From Candidatus Methylomirabilia bacterium (GTDB lineage: Bacteria; Methylomirabilota; Methylomirabilia; Rokubacteriales; CSP1-6), in NCBI GenBank assembly GCA_041497895.1, contig JBGQHJ010000116.1:1-15506 (forward strand): 15,506 bases of DNA, given 5' to 3'. The translations under genes and the position numbers were made by a program. Position 1 is the stretch's first letter, and every line of letters starts with the position of its first letter. A model generated the notes under the pieces. That model was not told the DNA's origin. It did no database searches and was given only the letters and a program-made list of their open reading frames with translations. This document shows, in pieces, positions 5,797-15,506 of this stretch.

Positions 5797-6738
5797 CTAC
5801 CGGCCGAGGGCCACCACCGAGAGGAGCTCGAAGAGCAGGTTCGCGGCGAGGACGCCGGTGATGGCGCCCGGCCCGTCGTAGGGCGGCGAGACCTCGACGA
5901 TGTCGCCCCCGGCCAGCTCGAGCCCGCGCAGGCCGCGCACGAGCCCCAGCGCCTCGTACGAGGTGAGGCCACCCGCCTCGGGCGTGCCGGTGCCGGGCGC
6001 GTACGCCGGATCCGCCGCGTCGACGTCGAACGAGCAGTAGACCGGCCCCCCGGCCAAGCGGCGCAGGCGCTCCACCACCGGGGCCACGCCCCCCTCCTTC
6101 ACGTCCTCGATCCGGATGACCTCGAACCCGTGCTCCCGGTGGAAATCGAAATCCTCGGGTCCGTAGAGCGGGCCGCGGATGCCGACCTGGATCGAGCGCC
6201 GGCCGTCGATCAGCCCCTCCTCGATCGCCCGGCGAAAGGTGCTGCCGTGGTAGTACGGCAGCCCGAAGTAGCGGTCCCAGGTGTCGGGGTGCGCGTCGAA
6301 GTGCACGAGCCCCAGCCGCCCGTGCCGCCGGGCGAGCGCGCGCAGGACCGCGAGCGTCACGGTGTGATCGCCCCCCACGCACAGCGGCACCGCGCGCGCC
6401 TCCACCACCGGGGCGAGCGTCCGCTCGATGGCGGCGAAGGTGCCCTCGATCGAGACCGGGACCACGTCGACGTCGCCGCAGTCGGCGACCCGGAGCCGCT
6501 CGAAGGGATGCACGCGCAGCGCCGAGTTCCACGGCCGGATCAGCGAGGACTGCTCGCGCACGTGCCGCGGCCCCATCCGGGCGCCCGAGCGATACGAGCA
6601 GCCGCCGTCGAACGGGATGCCGCAGAGGGCCACGTCGAGGCCGGCGGGCGATTCGACGTGGGGCAGCCGCATGAACGTCGCCGGCTGGGCGAAGCGGGGG
6701 GACGCGAAGCCGTCGCGAGGCCGCGGCCAGTCGGTCAT
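5797..6738 (-). CDS. speB: Agmatinase / ureohydrolase family protein (substrate uncertain)
   Basis: PRFAQPATFMRLP, GIPFD, GARMGP, GGDHT, HFDAHPD, HGSTF, SFDVDAADPAYAPGTGTPEAGG, DIVEVSPPYD. ATG at 6738 is 5 nt after the sufS stop. Confidence 0.88.
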   Translation of the reverse strand: MTDWPRPRDGFASPRFAQPATFMRLPHVESPAGLDVALCGIPFDGGCSYRSGARMGPRHVREQSSLIRPWNSALRVHPFERLRVADCGDVDVVPVSIEGTFAAIERTLAPVVEARAVPLCVGGDHTVTLAVLRALARRHGRLGLVHFDAHPDTWDRYFGLPYYHGSTFRRAIEEGLIDGRRSIQVGIRGPLYGPEDFDFHREHGFEVIRIEDVKEGGVAPVVERLRRLAGGPVYCSFDVDAADPAYAPGTGTPEAGGLTSYEALGLVRGLRGLELAGGDIVEVSPPYDGPGAITGVLAANLLFELLSVVALGR

Positions 6739-6743
6739 TCGGG

Positions 6744-7961
6744 CTAGAGCTCCCCGCGGATCCCCGCCACTCCGTCCGCGAGGCGCTGCACGTCCAGGGC
6801 GGTGCTGTAGACCGAGAAGCTCGCCCGCAGCGTGCCCACGATGCCGAGCCGCTTCATGAGCGGCTGGGCGCAGTGATGCCCGGCCCGCACCGCGATGCCG
6901 TGCAGGTCGAGCGCGGCCGCGCCGTCGTGCGGATGGATGCCCTCGACGTTGAACGCGACGACCGCGCCCTTCATTTCGGGGTTGGCGGGCCCGTAGAGGG
7001 AGACGCCGGGAATCCGGCCCAGGGCCTCCATGGCGAGGGCGGTCAGCGCCTGCTCGTGGGCGCCCACCTGGGCCATGCCGAGCTTGCCCAGGTACTCGAC
7101 CGCGGCGTGCAGACCGACCGCGCCCGCGATCGGGGGCGTGCCGGGCTCGAAGCGCCACGGTAGGTCGTTCCACTGCGCGTGGTCGAGCCAGACCTCCTTG
7201 ATCATCTCGCCGCCGCCCCACGCGGGCTCGAGCCGCTCGAGCACCTCGCGGCTGCCGTGGAGGACGCCGATGCCGGTGGGCCCGAGCATCTTGTGTCCGG
7301 AGAACGCGTAGAAGTCCGCCCCGAGCGCGGTCACGTCGACCGGCAGATGCGGGACCGCCTGCGCGCCGTCCAGCAGCACCAGAGCCCCCACCCGGTGCGC
7401 CTGCTCGACCATGCGGGCCACCGGGTTGATGGTCCCGAGCACGTTCGACACGTGGGCCAGCGCCACCACGCGGGTGCGCGGTGACAGGAGCTGGGCGTAC
7501 GCGTCCAGGTCGAGGTAGCCGTCGGGGAGCACCGGGACCGCCCGCAGCACGGTGCCGCGGTCGCGGCACACCATCTGCCACGGGATCAGGTTGGAGTGGT
7601 GCTCGAGCTCGGTGACGAGGATCTCGTCGCCCGGGGCCAGCGTGCGCCCCACCGCCTGGGCCACGAGGTTGATCGACTCGGTGGTCCCGCGCGTGAAGAC
7701 GATCTCCTCGCGCCCGCGGGCTCCGATGAACGCGCGGACCGCGTCGCGCGCGCCCTCGTAGAGCTCGGTCGCCTCCTCGCCCAGCGTGTGGATCGAGCGG
7801 TGCACGTTGGCGTGGCTCGTCTCGTAGTAGCGCTGGACCGCCTCGATCACCGCGGCCGGCTTCTGGCTCGACGCGGCCGAGTCGAGATACACGAGCGGAT
7901 GCCCGTTCACGACCCGCGAGAGGATGGGGAAGTCCTGCCGGCAGCGCTCGCCCAGGTTCAT
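6744..7961 (-). CDS. sufS: Class II cysteine desulfurase (SufS/CsdA type)
   Basis: YLDSAASSQKP, ANVHRSIH, EHHSNLIPWQ, PLP-lysine motif FSGHKMLGPTGIG, class II catalytic motif RAGHHCAQPL. ATG 7961 with AAGGAGG RBS overlaps the sufU stop. Confidence 0.95.
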   Translation of the reverse strand: MNLGERCRQDFPILSRVVNGHPLVYLDSAASSQKPAAVIEAVQRYYETSHANVHRSIHTLGEEATELYEGARDAVRAFIGARGREEIVFTRGTTESINLVAQAVGRTLAPGDEILVTELEHHSNLIPWQMVCRDRGTVLRAVPVLPDGYLDLDAYAQLLSPRTRVVALAHVSNVLGTINPVARMVEQAHRVGALVLLDGAQAVPHLPVDVTALGADFYAFSGHKMLGPTGIGVLHGSREVLERLEPAWGGGEMIKEVWLDHAQWNDLPWRFEPGTPPIAGAVGLHAAVEYLGKLGMAQVGAHEQALTALAMEALGRIPGVSLYGPANPEMKGAVVAFNVEGIHPHDGAAALDLHGIAVRAGHHCAQPLMKRLGIVGTLRASFSVYSTALDVQRLADGVAGIRGEL

Positions 7962-8329
7962 GGTGTCGCCTCCTTCGCGAGCGCGCCCTGCAGGACCGTG
8001 AGCGGCAGCGCCACGCACTTCATCCGCGACGGGCGGATGTCGGAATCGAGACGCTCGAGGATGCTCTCCGGGGTCAGCTCCCGCACCCGCGCGGCCGGCT
8101 GGCCGGTCACCATCTCGAGCAGCACGTCCGCCGACGCGGCCGAGATCGCGCAGCAATCGCCGGTCCACCGCCCCTCCACCAGCCGCCCGTCGGCCAGGCG
8201 CGCCTGGACCCGCACCCGGTCTCCGCAGAGCGGGTTCACGTCCTCGCCGGACACGTCCGGCCGCTCGATGGTGCCGCGGTACCGGGGCCGGCGGAACCGG
8301 TCGCGAATGACCGTGCTGTAGAGCGCCAT
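7958..8329 (-). CDS. sufU: SufU/IscU-family sulfur acceptor or scaffold protein
   Basis: NPLCGD, CCAISAASA and RMKC supply the three conserved Cys plus Asp; no LPPVK chaperone motif. ATG 8329 is 1 nt after the upstream stop. Confidence 0.85.
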   Translation of the reverse strand: MALYSTVIRDRFRRPRYRGTIERPDVSGEDVNPLCGDRVRVQARLADGRLVEGRWTGDCCAISAASADVLLEMVTGQPAARVRELTPESILERLDSDIRPSRMKCVALPLTVLQGALAKEATP

Positions 8330-8330
8330 G

Positions 8331-9374
8331 TCACTCGGACAGCTCCCCGCGCGCGCCGCTCTTGCGATACGGAGGGAAGCGGTAGGCGCTGTCGTGCGAC
8401 AGGAGCCCACCGTGGCCGAGCGCGGCCACCTCGGGCGCCCCCGCCGGCTCGCCGGCCAGGATGCGCGGCAGGATCAGGTCGAACGTGGTGGCCTGCGAGA
8501 ACATCCCGCAGGCGGGCATGCCGAGCACGGGATGGCCGCGCAGGTCCGCGATCCAGAGCAGGCTGCCCGGATGGGCCGGCGCCCCGTGGCGGATCATCCG
8601 GCCGCCCAGCCGCTCGAGGCCGGCGAAGACCGGATCGAGTGGATCGAGCGAACCCGCGCCGGCCGCGATCAGGATGTCGGCGCCCGCCGCGAGCAGGGCC
8701 TCCATCTCGTCCGCGACCGCGGCGGCGTCCCCCGCCGCGTAGCGTACCGGCAAGAGCCGCGACCCGAACCAGTCCACCTTCTCGGTGAGCGAGGACTCGA
8801 AGCGCTGGCGCTGGGGCGGAGCCAGGCTCTCGCGGCTCAGCGCGGCCAGTACACGTGGCTGGAAGGGCTTCACCGACACCAGGCCTCCCGCGCTCCAGGC
8901 GCGCGACTCGGCGTCCTTCACGAGCCGCTCCGGGATGGCCAGCGGCGTGATCTTGGCCTTGGCCACCGCCTCGCCCGCCTCCACCGGCTGCAGGTCGTAG
9001 AGGGTGAAGACCGACATGCCCTCGAGGCCGTTCACCGCCGCGAGCGCGGCCCCGTTGACGCGGACCAGGCCCCGCCGCTCGGCCGTGAGCGTCCACTGCC
9101 CGCCGGTGTAGCCCTTGACCTCGACGTGGGCTCCGCACGCCGCGGCGGCGAGGCGCGAGCCGGCCGGTTCCTCGTGCACGTCGCCCGGCTCGAGCTCGAG
9201 GACGTGCACCTCCGACCACGGCAGCGCGAGCAGGCGGGCCGCCGCGGCCGCGTCGAGCATCTGGCCCTTGGCGATGGCCACCCGACGCGTCTCGTCGCGC
9301 ACGTCGTGGCAGGCGATACGGCCCGTGAGGGCCGCGGCGGTGGCCGCCTCGTGCTTGATGGCGATGGCTTTCAT
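8331..9374 (-). CDS. Molybdopterin-binding (MoeA/MoCF_biosynth-like) domain protein
   Basis: MKAIAIKHEA... with LEPGDVHEE, AKAKITPLAIPE, GAGSLDPLDP, HGAPAHPGSLLW, VLGMPACG, FDLILPRILAG, LGHGGLL. These resemble molybdopterin-binding proteins found in cox/xdh clusters. Confidence 0.75.
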   Translation of the reverse strand: MKAIAIKHEAATAAALTGRIACHDVRDETRRVAIAKGQMLDAAAAARLLALPWSEVHVLELEPGDVHEEPAGSRLAAAACGAHVEVKGYTGGQWTLTAERRGLVRVNGAALAAVNGLEGMSVFTLYDLQPVEAGEAVAKAKITPLAIPERLVKDAESRAWSAGGLVSVKPFQPRVLAALSRESLAPPQRQRFESSLTEKVDWFGSRLLPVRYAAGDAAAVADEMEALLAAGADILIAAGAGSLDPLDPVFAGLERLGGRMIRHGAPAHPGSLLWIADLRGHPVLGMPACGMFSQATTFDLILPRILAGEPAGAPEVAALGHGGLLSHDSAYRFPPYRKSGARGELSE

Positions 9375-9381
9375 GACCTGG

Positions 9382-10473
9382 CTACTTGAGGCCTCGGCGG
9401 ACCTTCTCGGAGATGGGCATGCCGGTGGCGTTGCGCTGGGCGGCCAGCGCCTCGGCGAGGATGCTGAGCGCGATCTCGGGGGCGGACTGGGCACCGAGGT
9501 CGAGGCCGATCGGCACCCGCACCCGCGCGAGGGCCTCCTCGCTCACCCCGTCCTCGCGCAGCAGGTTCAGGATCGCGGCCCCGCGCCGGGTGCTGCCGAG
9601 CAGCCCGATGTAGCCGACCGGCGTGCCGAGCGCGTGCCGCAGCACGGGCAGGTCGTACTTGTAGTCGTGGGCCACCAGCACCAGCGCGGTGGTGGGAATA
9701 AGCGGGACCTGCTGCACCAACTCGGAGGGCACCCCGATCCGCAGGTCGTCCACGTGGGGGAAGCGCTCCCGCGTCGCGAACCGAGGTCGCCCGTCCACCA
9801 CCACGGTGCGGAAGCCCAGCTCCTTGGCCATGGATGTCAACGGCATCGCCACGTGGCTGGCGCCCACCACCAGCAGGATGGCGGGCGGGGTGAAGACCTC
9901 CGCGAAGGCCCGCACGTTCTCGAGGAACAGCGTGCGCGACTTCCCCGCGTCCAGCGCCTGGCGTGCCTCCGCCGCGAAGCGCTCGTCGAGGAAGACGTCG
10001 CCCAGGCTGCCCGCGCGGCCGCCGTGATCCAGGAGCAGGAGCTTGGCCCCGTTGTGGGGCGGATCGAGCCGCGTGACGATGGCGGCGCGCCCGCCGGTCT
10101 CGGCGTGAGCCCGCGCTTTCTCGTAGAAGGCCAGCGTGGTGTCGTCGGCCCGGCCGAAGGTCAGCGGCTCCACGAAGACCTCGATGGTCCCGCCGCAGGT
10201 GAGCCCGATCTCCCACGCCTCCTCGTCGCCCAGGTTCAGCTCGAGGAGGCGCGGCGCGTTCGTGCCCAGGACGTCGGCGGACTCCTCGATCACCTGCGCG
10301 TCCACGCAGCCGCCGATGGTCACCGAGCCGAGGACGCGGCCGCCCTCGCCCACCAGCATCTTGGCGCCTTCCTTCCGGGGCGTGGTGCCGCGGGTGTTCA
10401 CGAGGGTGGCCACCGCCACCTTGGACTCGTTCTGCTTGAGCTGGTTCAGATGATCGAAGAGCTCGTCGCCCAT
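9382..10473 (-). CDS. xdhC: XdhC/CoxF family Moco sulfuration and insertion chaperone
   Basis: ATLVNTRGTTPRKEGAKMLV, GSVTIGGCVD, GLTCGGTIEVFVEP, Rossmann-like VVGASHVA, YIGLLGS, PIGLDLGAQSAPEIALSILAE. ATG 10473 follows a GAGGTG RBS. Confidence 0.93.
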   Translation of the reverse strand: MGDELFDHLNQLKQNESKVAVATLVNTRGTTPRKEGAKMLVGEGGRVLGSVTIGGCVDAQVIEESADVLGTNAPRLLELNLGDEEAWEIGLTCGGTIEVFVEPLTFGRADDTTLAFYEKARAHAETGGRAAIVTRLDPPHNGAKLLLLDHGGRAGSLGDVFLDERFAAEARQALDAGKSRTLFLENVRAFAEVFTPPAILLVVGASHVAMPLTSMAKELGFRTVVVDGRPRFATRERFPHVDDLRIGVPSELVQQVPLIPTTALVLVAHDYKYDLPVLRHALGTPVGYIGLLGSTRRGAAILNLLREDGVSEEALARVRVPIGLDLGAQSAPEIALSILAEALAAQRNATGMPISEKVRRGLK

Positions 10474-10478
10474 TGGTG

Positions 10479-11630
10479 TCACCTCAGATTGAGATGCCCG
10501 GCGAGGTCGCGCAGGCTTGCCAGGTTGTGCGCCGCCGCGAAGTGGTCCACGAGCGGAAGCGCCGCCGCCATGCCGCGCGTCAGGGGCTCGTACGAGGGGT
10601 TGCCCAGCAGCGGATTGAGCCAGATCAGCCGGCCCGCCTTGCGCTTGATCGTGAGCATCTCGTTCGCCAGGACCTCCGGCTCGCCGGTGTCCCAGCCGTC
10701 CGAGAGCAGGAGCACGATCGTGCGGCGGTCCACCAGGTTCCCCCACCGGGCGTTGAACTCCTGCAGCGACTCGCCGATCCGGGTGCCGCCGGAGAAGTCC
10801 CGCACCTCGGCCAGCCGGGCCAGGGCCGTGCGATACGACGCACCCTTGAGATGCTCGGTGACCCGGGTCAGTCGCGTGGAGAACGTGAAGGTCTCGACCC
10901 GGCCGAAGACGTTCTGGAGCGCGTAGAGGAACTGGAGGAGGAACCGGCTGTAGAGGTCCATGGAGCCGGATACGTCACAGAGCAGGACCAGCCGGACTTT
11001 GCGCCTCCGGCGCTCCCTCCTGCGCAGCTCGATGATCTCGCCCTTCATGAGGTTGGCCCGGATGCTCCGGCGGATGTCGATGACGCCACCTCGCCGGGTC
11101 GGGCGCTTGCGACGGCTGATCCGCCGGGCGAGGCGCTTGGCGATCAGGATGGTCAGCCGCGCGACCTCGTCCAGGTCCTCAACCGGAAAGGACGAAAAGT
11201 CCTGATCCATGAGGATTTCCTTCTCGCTCACCCCGGGAACCTCGAGCGGCTCGCCGTCGTCGTCCCCCTGCTCCTCCCAGCCCTCCAGCGCGACCGAGAC
11301 CTTCTTCTGGGCCTCGGCCCCGCTGTCGCCCGCATGCTCCTCGGGGATGGCCGGGTTGGCGGGTCCGGTGAGCCCCTCCAGCTCCTGCCCTTCCTCGGCC
11401 TGGAACCGCCAGAAGGTCTCGAAGCAGCGGTCGAAGATGGGGAACTCCTCGTGCCGCGCCACCAGCGTGGTGCGCAGTGCCAGGTAGACGTCCTGGCGGT
11501 CGAGCAGGTCCACCGCGTCCAGCGCGCGCACCCCGTCCATCACCTCGGTGATGGTCAGCGGCATGCCGGACGCCCGCAGCATCTGCCCGAAGCGCAGGAC
11601 CGCGGTGGTGAGGTCCCGAGGGCCGGCCAC
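10479..11630 (-). CDS. coxE: CoxE-like VWA domain protein
   Basis: MIDAS motif LCDVSGSM, FSTRLTRVT, SGGTRIG, LSDGWDTG, LIWLNPL. Directly downstream of a MoxR ATPase. Confidence 0.92.
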   Translation of the reverse strand: MAGPRDLTTAVLRFGQMLRASGMPLTITEVMDGVRALDAVDLLDRQDVYLALRTTLVARHEEFPIFDRCFETFWRFQAEEGQELEGLTGPANPAIPEEHAGDSGAEAQKKVSVALEGWEEQGDDDGEPLEVPGVSEKEILMDQDFSSFPVEDLDEVARLTILIAKRLARRISRRKRPTRRGGVIDIRRSIRANLMKGEIIELRRRERRRRKVRLVLLCDVSGSMDLYSRFLLQFLYALQNVFGRVETFTFSTRLTRVTEHLKGASYRTALARLAEVRDFSGGTRIGESLQEFNARWGNLVDRRTIVLLLSDGWDTGEPEVLANEMLTIKRKAGRLIWLNPLLGNPSYEPLTRGMAAALPLVDHFAAAHNLASLRDLAGHLNLR

Positions 11631-11631
11631 C

Positions 11632-12522
<891 letters not shown>

Positions 12523-12574
12523 GGCCCTCTCAGTCTACACCGCGTGATCGCGGCATTCCCTGCTCCCCGGCCGG

Positions 12575-13177
12575 CTACTCCGGCGGGTTGGCGGGTCGAA
12601 GTGCGCTTCGGATCTTCTCATAGTCGGCCGGGGTATCGACGTCCGGCGGCATGGGCCGGTCCAGGGCCACCCACTCCACGCGCGCCGGGTCCCGGGCGAT
12701 GACGGGCCGCGCGCCCCGATCGCCTTCGAGGGCCAGGAGCTCGGGGAAGACCGCGCGGTCGAACAGCACCGGGTTCCCCGGGCCATCCTGGTAGCGGGGC
12801 GCGACGATGGGACGGCCGCTCGCGCGGTGGGCCGCCAGCAGGGCCGGGATGATGTCCGGCGCCAGGCTGGGTTGGTCGCCCAGCGCGATCACCACCGTGT
12901 CCGCCGCCGCGGGCAGCGCGGCGACACCGGCGCGCACCGAGCCCGCCTGCCCCGCCTCGGGCGCCGGATTGACCACGATGCGCACGTCGAGGCCGGTCAG
13001 CGCCGCCTCGATCGCGGCCGGGTCCGGCCCCGTGACGACCAGCACCGGATCGAGGCCGGCCGCCCGGACGCCCTCGACCGCGTGCCGGACGATGGGTCGC
13101 CCACCCACCGGGAGCAGCAGCTTCGCCTGCCCCATCCGGCGCGAGAGCCCGGCGGCCAGCACCACCGCCGCGATCAC
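12575..13177 (-). CDS. mocA: Molybdenum cofactor cytidylyltransferase-like nucleotidyltransferase (NTP_transf_3)
   Basis: VVLAAGLSRRMGQAKLLL, LGDQP, GNPVLF, GDRGAR, DVDTPADY. Located in a xanthine-oxidase-family cluster. Confidence 0.88.
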   Translation of the reverse strand: MIAAVVLAAGLSRRMGQAKLLLPVGGRPIVRHAVEGVRAAGLDPVLVVTGPDPAAIEAALTGLDVRIVVNPAPEAGQAGSVRAGVAALPAAADTVVIALGDQPSLAPDIIPALLAAHRASGRPIVAPRYQDGPGNPVLFDRAVFPELLALEGDRGARPVIARDPARVEWVALDRPMPPDVDTPADYEKIRSALRPANPPE

Positions 13178-13186
13178 GCCCGCGCC

Positions 13187-13225
13187 CCAAAGAAGAGCCC
13201 CGCGGGAGGCCTCCCGCGGGGCTCT
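13187..13225 (-). terminator. Terminator/attenuator-like palindrome between coxM and mocA
   Basis: Perfect 32-nt palindrome AGAGCCCCGCGGGAGGCCTCCCGCGGGGCTCT (13194-13225), followed on the minus strand by TCTTTGG. Confidence 0.7.
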
Positions 13226-13256
13226 GGGTCAGTCGATCGACTCACCGGGTGGTGCG

Positions 13257-14120
13257 CTACTTCACGGCCGCGGCGGCCGCCTCCATGGCGCGCTTGGCGA
13301 ACACGCGCAGCAGGTGGCTCTTGTACTCGACCGAGCCCTGCAGGTCGGCCTGCACGTCCACGCCCTCGGCCGCCTTCTCGGCCGCCGCCTGGATAGAAGC
13401 GGCGTCGGTCCCCTTGCCGGTGATCGCCGCCTCGACGCCCTTGGCCCGCACCGCCTTGGTGCCCGCGCCGGTGACGCCCACGCTGGCCTTGCCCACCTTG
13501 CCCCCTTCCACGCTCAGCACCGCCGCCACCCCCACCACCGCGAAGCGAGAGGCCGGGTGCGGGAACTTCATGTAGGCGGCGCCGGTCTTGGCCGCGAGCG
13601 CGGGCACGCGCACCTCGGTCAGGATCTCGTCATCCGCCAGCGCGGTGGTGAGCAGGCCCTTGAAGAAGTCGTCCGCCTTGATCGTGCGCTTGCCCTTGGG
13701 CCCTTCCGCCACCATCTCGGCGCCGAGCGCGATGATCGCGGCCGGGTAGTCCGCCGCCGGGTCGGCGTGGGCGAGGCTGCCACCGATCGTGCCCATGTTG
13801 CGCACCATCGGGTCGCCGATCTGGCCCGCCACCGCGGCCAGGACCGGGCACTTCGACTTCACCACCGACGAGGTCTCGACCTGGTAGTGGGTGGTCATCG
13901 CCCCGATCACGAGGGTGCCGCCCTCCTCCTTGATGCCGGAGAGCCCGGGGACCTTCCGGAGATCGACCAGGTGCTTGGGCTGGGCCAGGCGCAGCTTCAT
14001 GGCGGGCAACAGGCTGTGGCCGCCCGCCAGCAGCTTGGCGTCGTCCTTGTGGCGCCCGAGCAGATCCAGCGCCTCCCTCACCGTCCCCGGCGTGTGGTAC
14101 TCGAACTGGGCTGGGTACAT
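13257..14120 (-). CDS. coxM: FAD-binding medium subunit of a CO dehydrogenase-like / xanthine dehydrogenase family enzyme
   Basis: MYPAQFEYHTP, LLAGGHSLLPAMKLRLAQP, IGDPMVRNMGTIGGSLAHADPAADYP, YMKFPHPASRFAVVG. Confidence 0.95.
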   Translation of the reverse strand: MYPAQFEYHTPGTVREALDLLGRHKDDAKLLAGGHSLLPAMKLRLAQPKHLVDLRKVPGLSGIKEEGGTLVIGAMTTHYQVETSSVVKSKCPVLAAVAGQIGDPMVRNMGTIGGSLAHADPAADYPAAIIALGAEMVAEGPKGKRTIKADDFFKGLLTTALADDEILTEVRVPALAAKTGAAYMKFPHPASRFAVVGVAAVLSVEGGKVGKASVGVTGAGTKAVRAKGVEAAITGKGTDAASIQAAAEKAAEGVDVQADLQGSVEYKSHLLRVFAKRAMEAAAAAVK

Positions 14121-14133
14121 GTCGGCGTCTCCC

Positions 14134-15506
14134 TTACTTCTTCGATTTGGCGGCCTGGGCGGTCTTCCAGACCCGCTCCGGCGTCAGCGGCATGGCGTCG
14201 ATGTGGTCCACGCCGAGCCCGGACAGGGCGTCCACCACCGCGTTGACCACCGCCGGCGTCGAGGCGATGGTGCCGGTCTCTCCCGCGCCCTTGACGCCCA
14301 GCGGATTGACCGGGGTGGGCGTCTCGGTGCGACCGGTCTCGTAGAAGGGCAGCATGTCGGCCTTGGGCAGCGTGTAGTCCATCAGGCTGCCGCTCAAGAG
14401 CTGGCCGGAATCCCGGTCGTACACCGCCTCTTCCCAGAGCGCCTGCGCGACGCCCTGGGCGATCCCGCCGTGCACCATGCCGTCGACGATCATCGGGTTG
14501 ATGACGTTGCCGACGTCGTCCACCGCGAGGTAGCGGAGGATCTTCACGTGGCCGGTGTCCGGGTCCACCTCGACCACGCAGGCGTGCGCGCCGAAGGGGA
14601 AGCAGAAGTTGGAGGGATCGTAGAAGCTCGTCTCCTCGAGCCCGGGCTCGAGCCCCTCCGGGTAGTTGTGTGGCACGTACGCGGTGAGCGCGACCTGGCC
14701 GAACGGGATCGCCTTCTGGGGCGACCCCTTGACCACGAAGTTGCCGCCCACGTACTCCATGTCCTTCGGGTTCGCCTCGAGCAGGTGGGCGGCGATCTTC
14801 TTGCCCTTCTCCTTGATCTTGTCGAGCGACATCACGATCGCGGTGCCGCCCACCGAGGCCGAGCGGCTGCCGTAGGTGCCCATGCCGAACGGCACCCGGC
14901 CGGTGTCGCCGTGGACGATCTCGATGTCGTCCATCGGGATGCCGAGGCTGTCGGCCACGATCTGGGCCATCGTCGTCTCGTGCCCCTGCCCGTGCGAGTG
15001 CGACCCGGTGAACACGCTGACCTTGCCGGTCGGATGCACCTGGACCTTGCCCGATTCCCAGAGCCCGGCCTGCGCCCCGAGCGAGCCCACCACCTTGGAG
15101 GGCGCGATGCTGCACGCCTCGATGTAGGTCGAGAAGCCGATGCCCATCAGCCGGCCCTGGGCCCGCGCCGCGGCCTGGTCGGTCCGGAACTTCTTGTAGT
15201 CGAGCATCCCCAGCAGCTTGTCGAAGGCGGCCGCGTAGTTGCCGCTGTCGTACGAGAGCGCGACCTTGGTCTGGTAGCCGTTGTCGAACTTCGGGATGAA
15301 GTTCTTCTTCCGGATATCGGCCGGATCCATCTTAAGCGCGGCCGCGGCGGCGTCCACCATGCGTTCGAGGAGATAGCAGGTTTCCGGCCGGCCGGCCCCA
15401 CGGTACGCGTCCACCGGGGTGGTGTTGCTGAAGACCCCGGTGACCTCCGCGTGGATGGCCCCCCACTCGTAGACGCCGTTGAGCAGCGTGGCGTACAGAT
15501 AGGTCG
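14134..15506 (-). CDS. coxL: Partial (5'-truncated) molybdopterin large subunit, form II CoxL-like
   Basis: Frame is open to the window edge (...[41 protein letters not shown]...). Contains [27 protein letters not shown] and KGAGE (catalytic Glu). The active-site loop AYRGAGR is the form II signature. Confidence 0.93.
   Translation of the reverse strand, partial: TYLYATLLNGVYEWGAIHAEVTGVFSNTTPVDAYRGAGRPETCYLLERMVDAAAAALKMDPADIRKKNFIPKFDNGYQTKVALSYDSGNYAAAFDKLLGMLDYKKFRTDQAAARAQGRLMGIGFSTYIEACSIAPSKVVGSLGAQAGLWESGKVQVHPTGKVSVFTGSHSHGQGHETTMAQIVADSLGIPMDDIEIVHGDTGRVPFGMGTYGSRSASVGGTAIVMSLDKIKEKGKKIAAHLLEANPKDMEYVGGNFVVKGSPQKAIPFGQVALTAYVPHNYPEGLEPGLEETSFYDPSNFCFPFGAHACVVEVDPDTGHVKILRYLAVDDVGNVINPMIVDGMVHGGIAQGVAQALWEEAVYDRDSGQLLSGSLMDYTLPKADMLPFYETGRTETPTPVNPLGVKGAGETGTIASTPAVVNAVVDALSGLGVDHIDAMPLTPERVWKTAQAAKSKK

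Noticed and set aside
3531..6747. Long alternative ORFs (3531..5252 -, 3944..5881 +, 5740..6747 +, 5771..6532 -)
   Set aside because: Shadow frames of SPFH, nfeD and speB, expected in high-GC DNA where stop codons are scarce; no motifs.
14134..15506. Calling the locus a genuine aerobic (form I) CO dehydrogenase
   Set aside because: The active-site loop is AYRGAGR rather than AYxCSFR, and the gene order is L-M rather than M-S-L.

Overview
High-GC bacterial window with no mobile element, CRISPR array or rRNA. Left to right it holds: the 3' end of a + strand gene, absent from the ORF track, encoding at least 17 tandem IQAPRSQE-type octapeptides plus a short helical tail and terminator; a coupled - strand hinT-phnC-phnE unit with no phnD binding protein; a divergent 40-aa CxxC/HxxC microprotein; an orphan Cys-free type IV pilin behind a sigma54-type promoter; tRNA-Ala(CGC) with its own sigma70 promoter; and an nfeD-SPFH pair. 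The right ~9.7 kb is a tightly packed - strand cluster: form II (AYRGAGR) CoxL-like molybdoenzyme large subunit (partial), coxM, mocA-like, coxD, coxE, xdhC/coxF, a molybdopterin-binding protein, sufU-like, sufS and an agmatinase-family ureohydrolase. The best candidates for undescribed biology are a SufU/SufS sulfur relay and ureohydrolase embedded in a form II Cox maturation operon, the octapeptide-repeat protein, and the single-zinc-finger microprotein. All calls come from reading motifs by eye; no searches were run.
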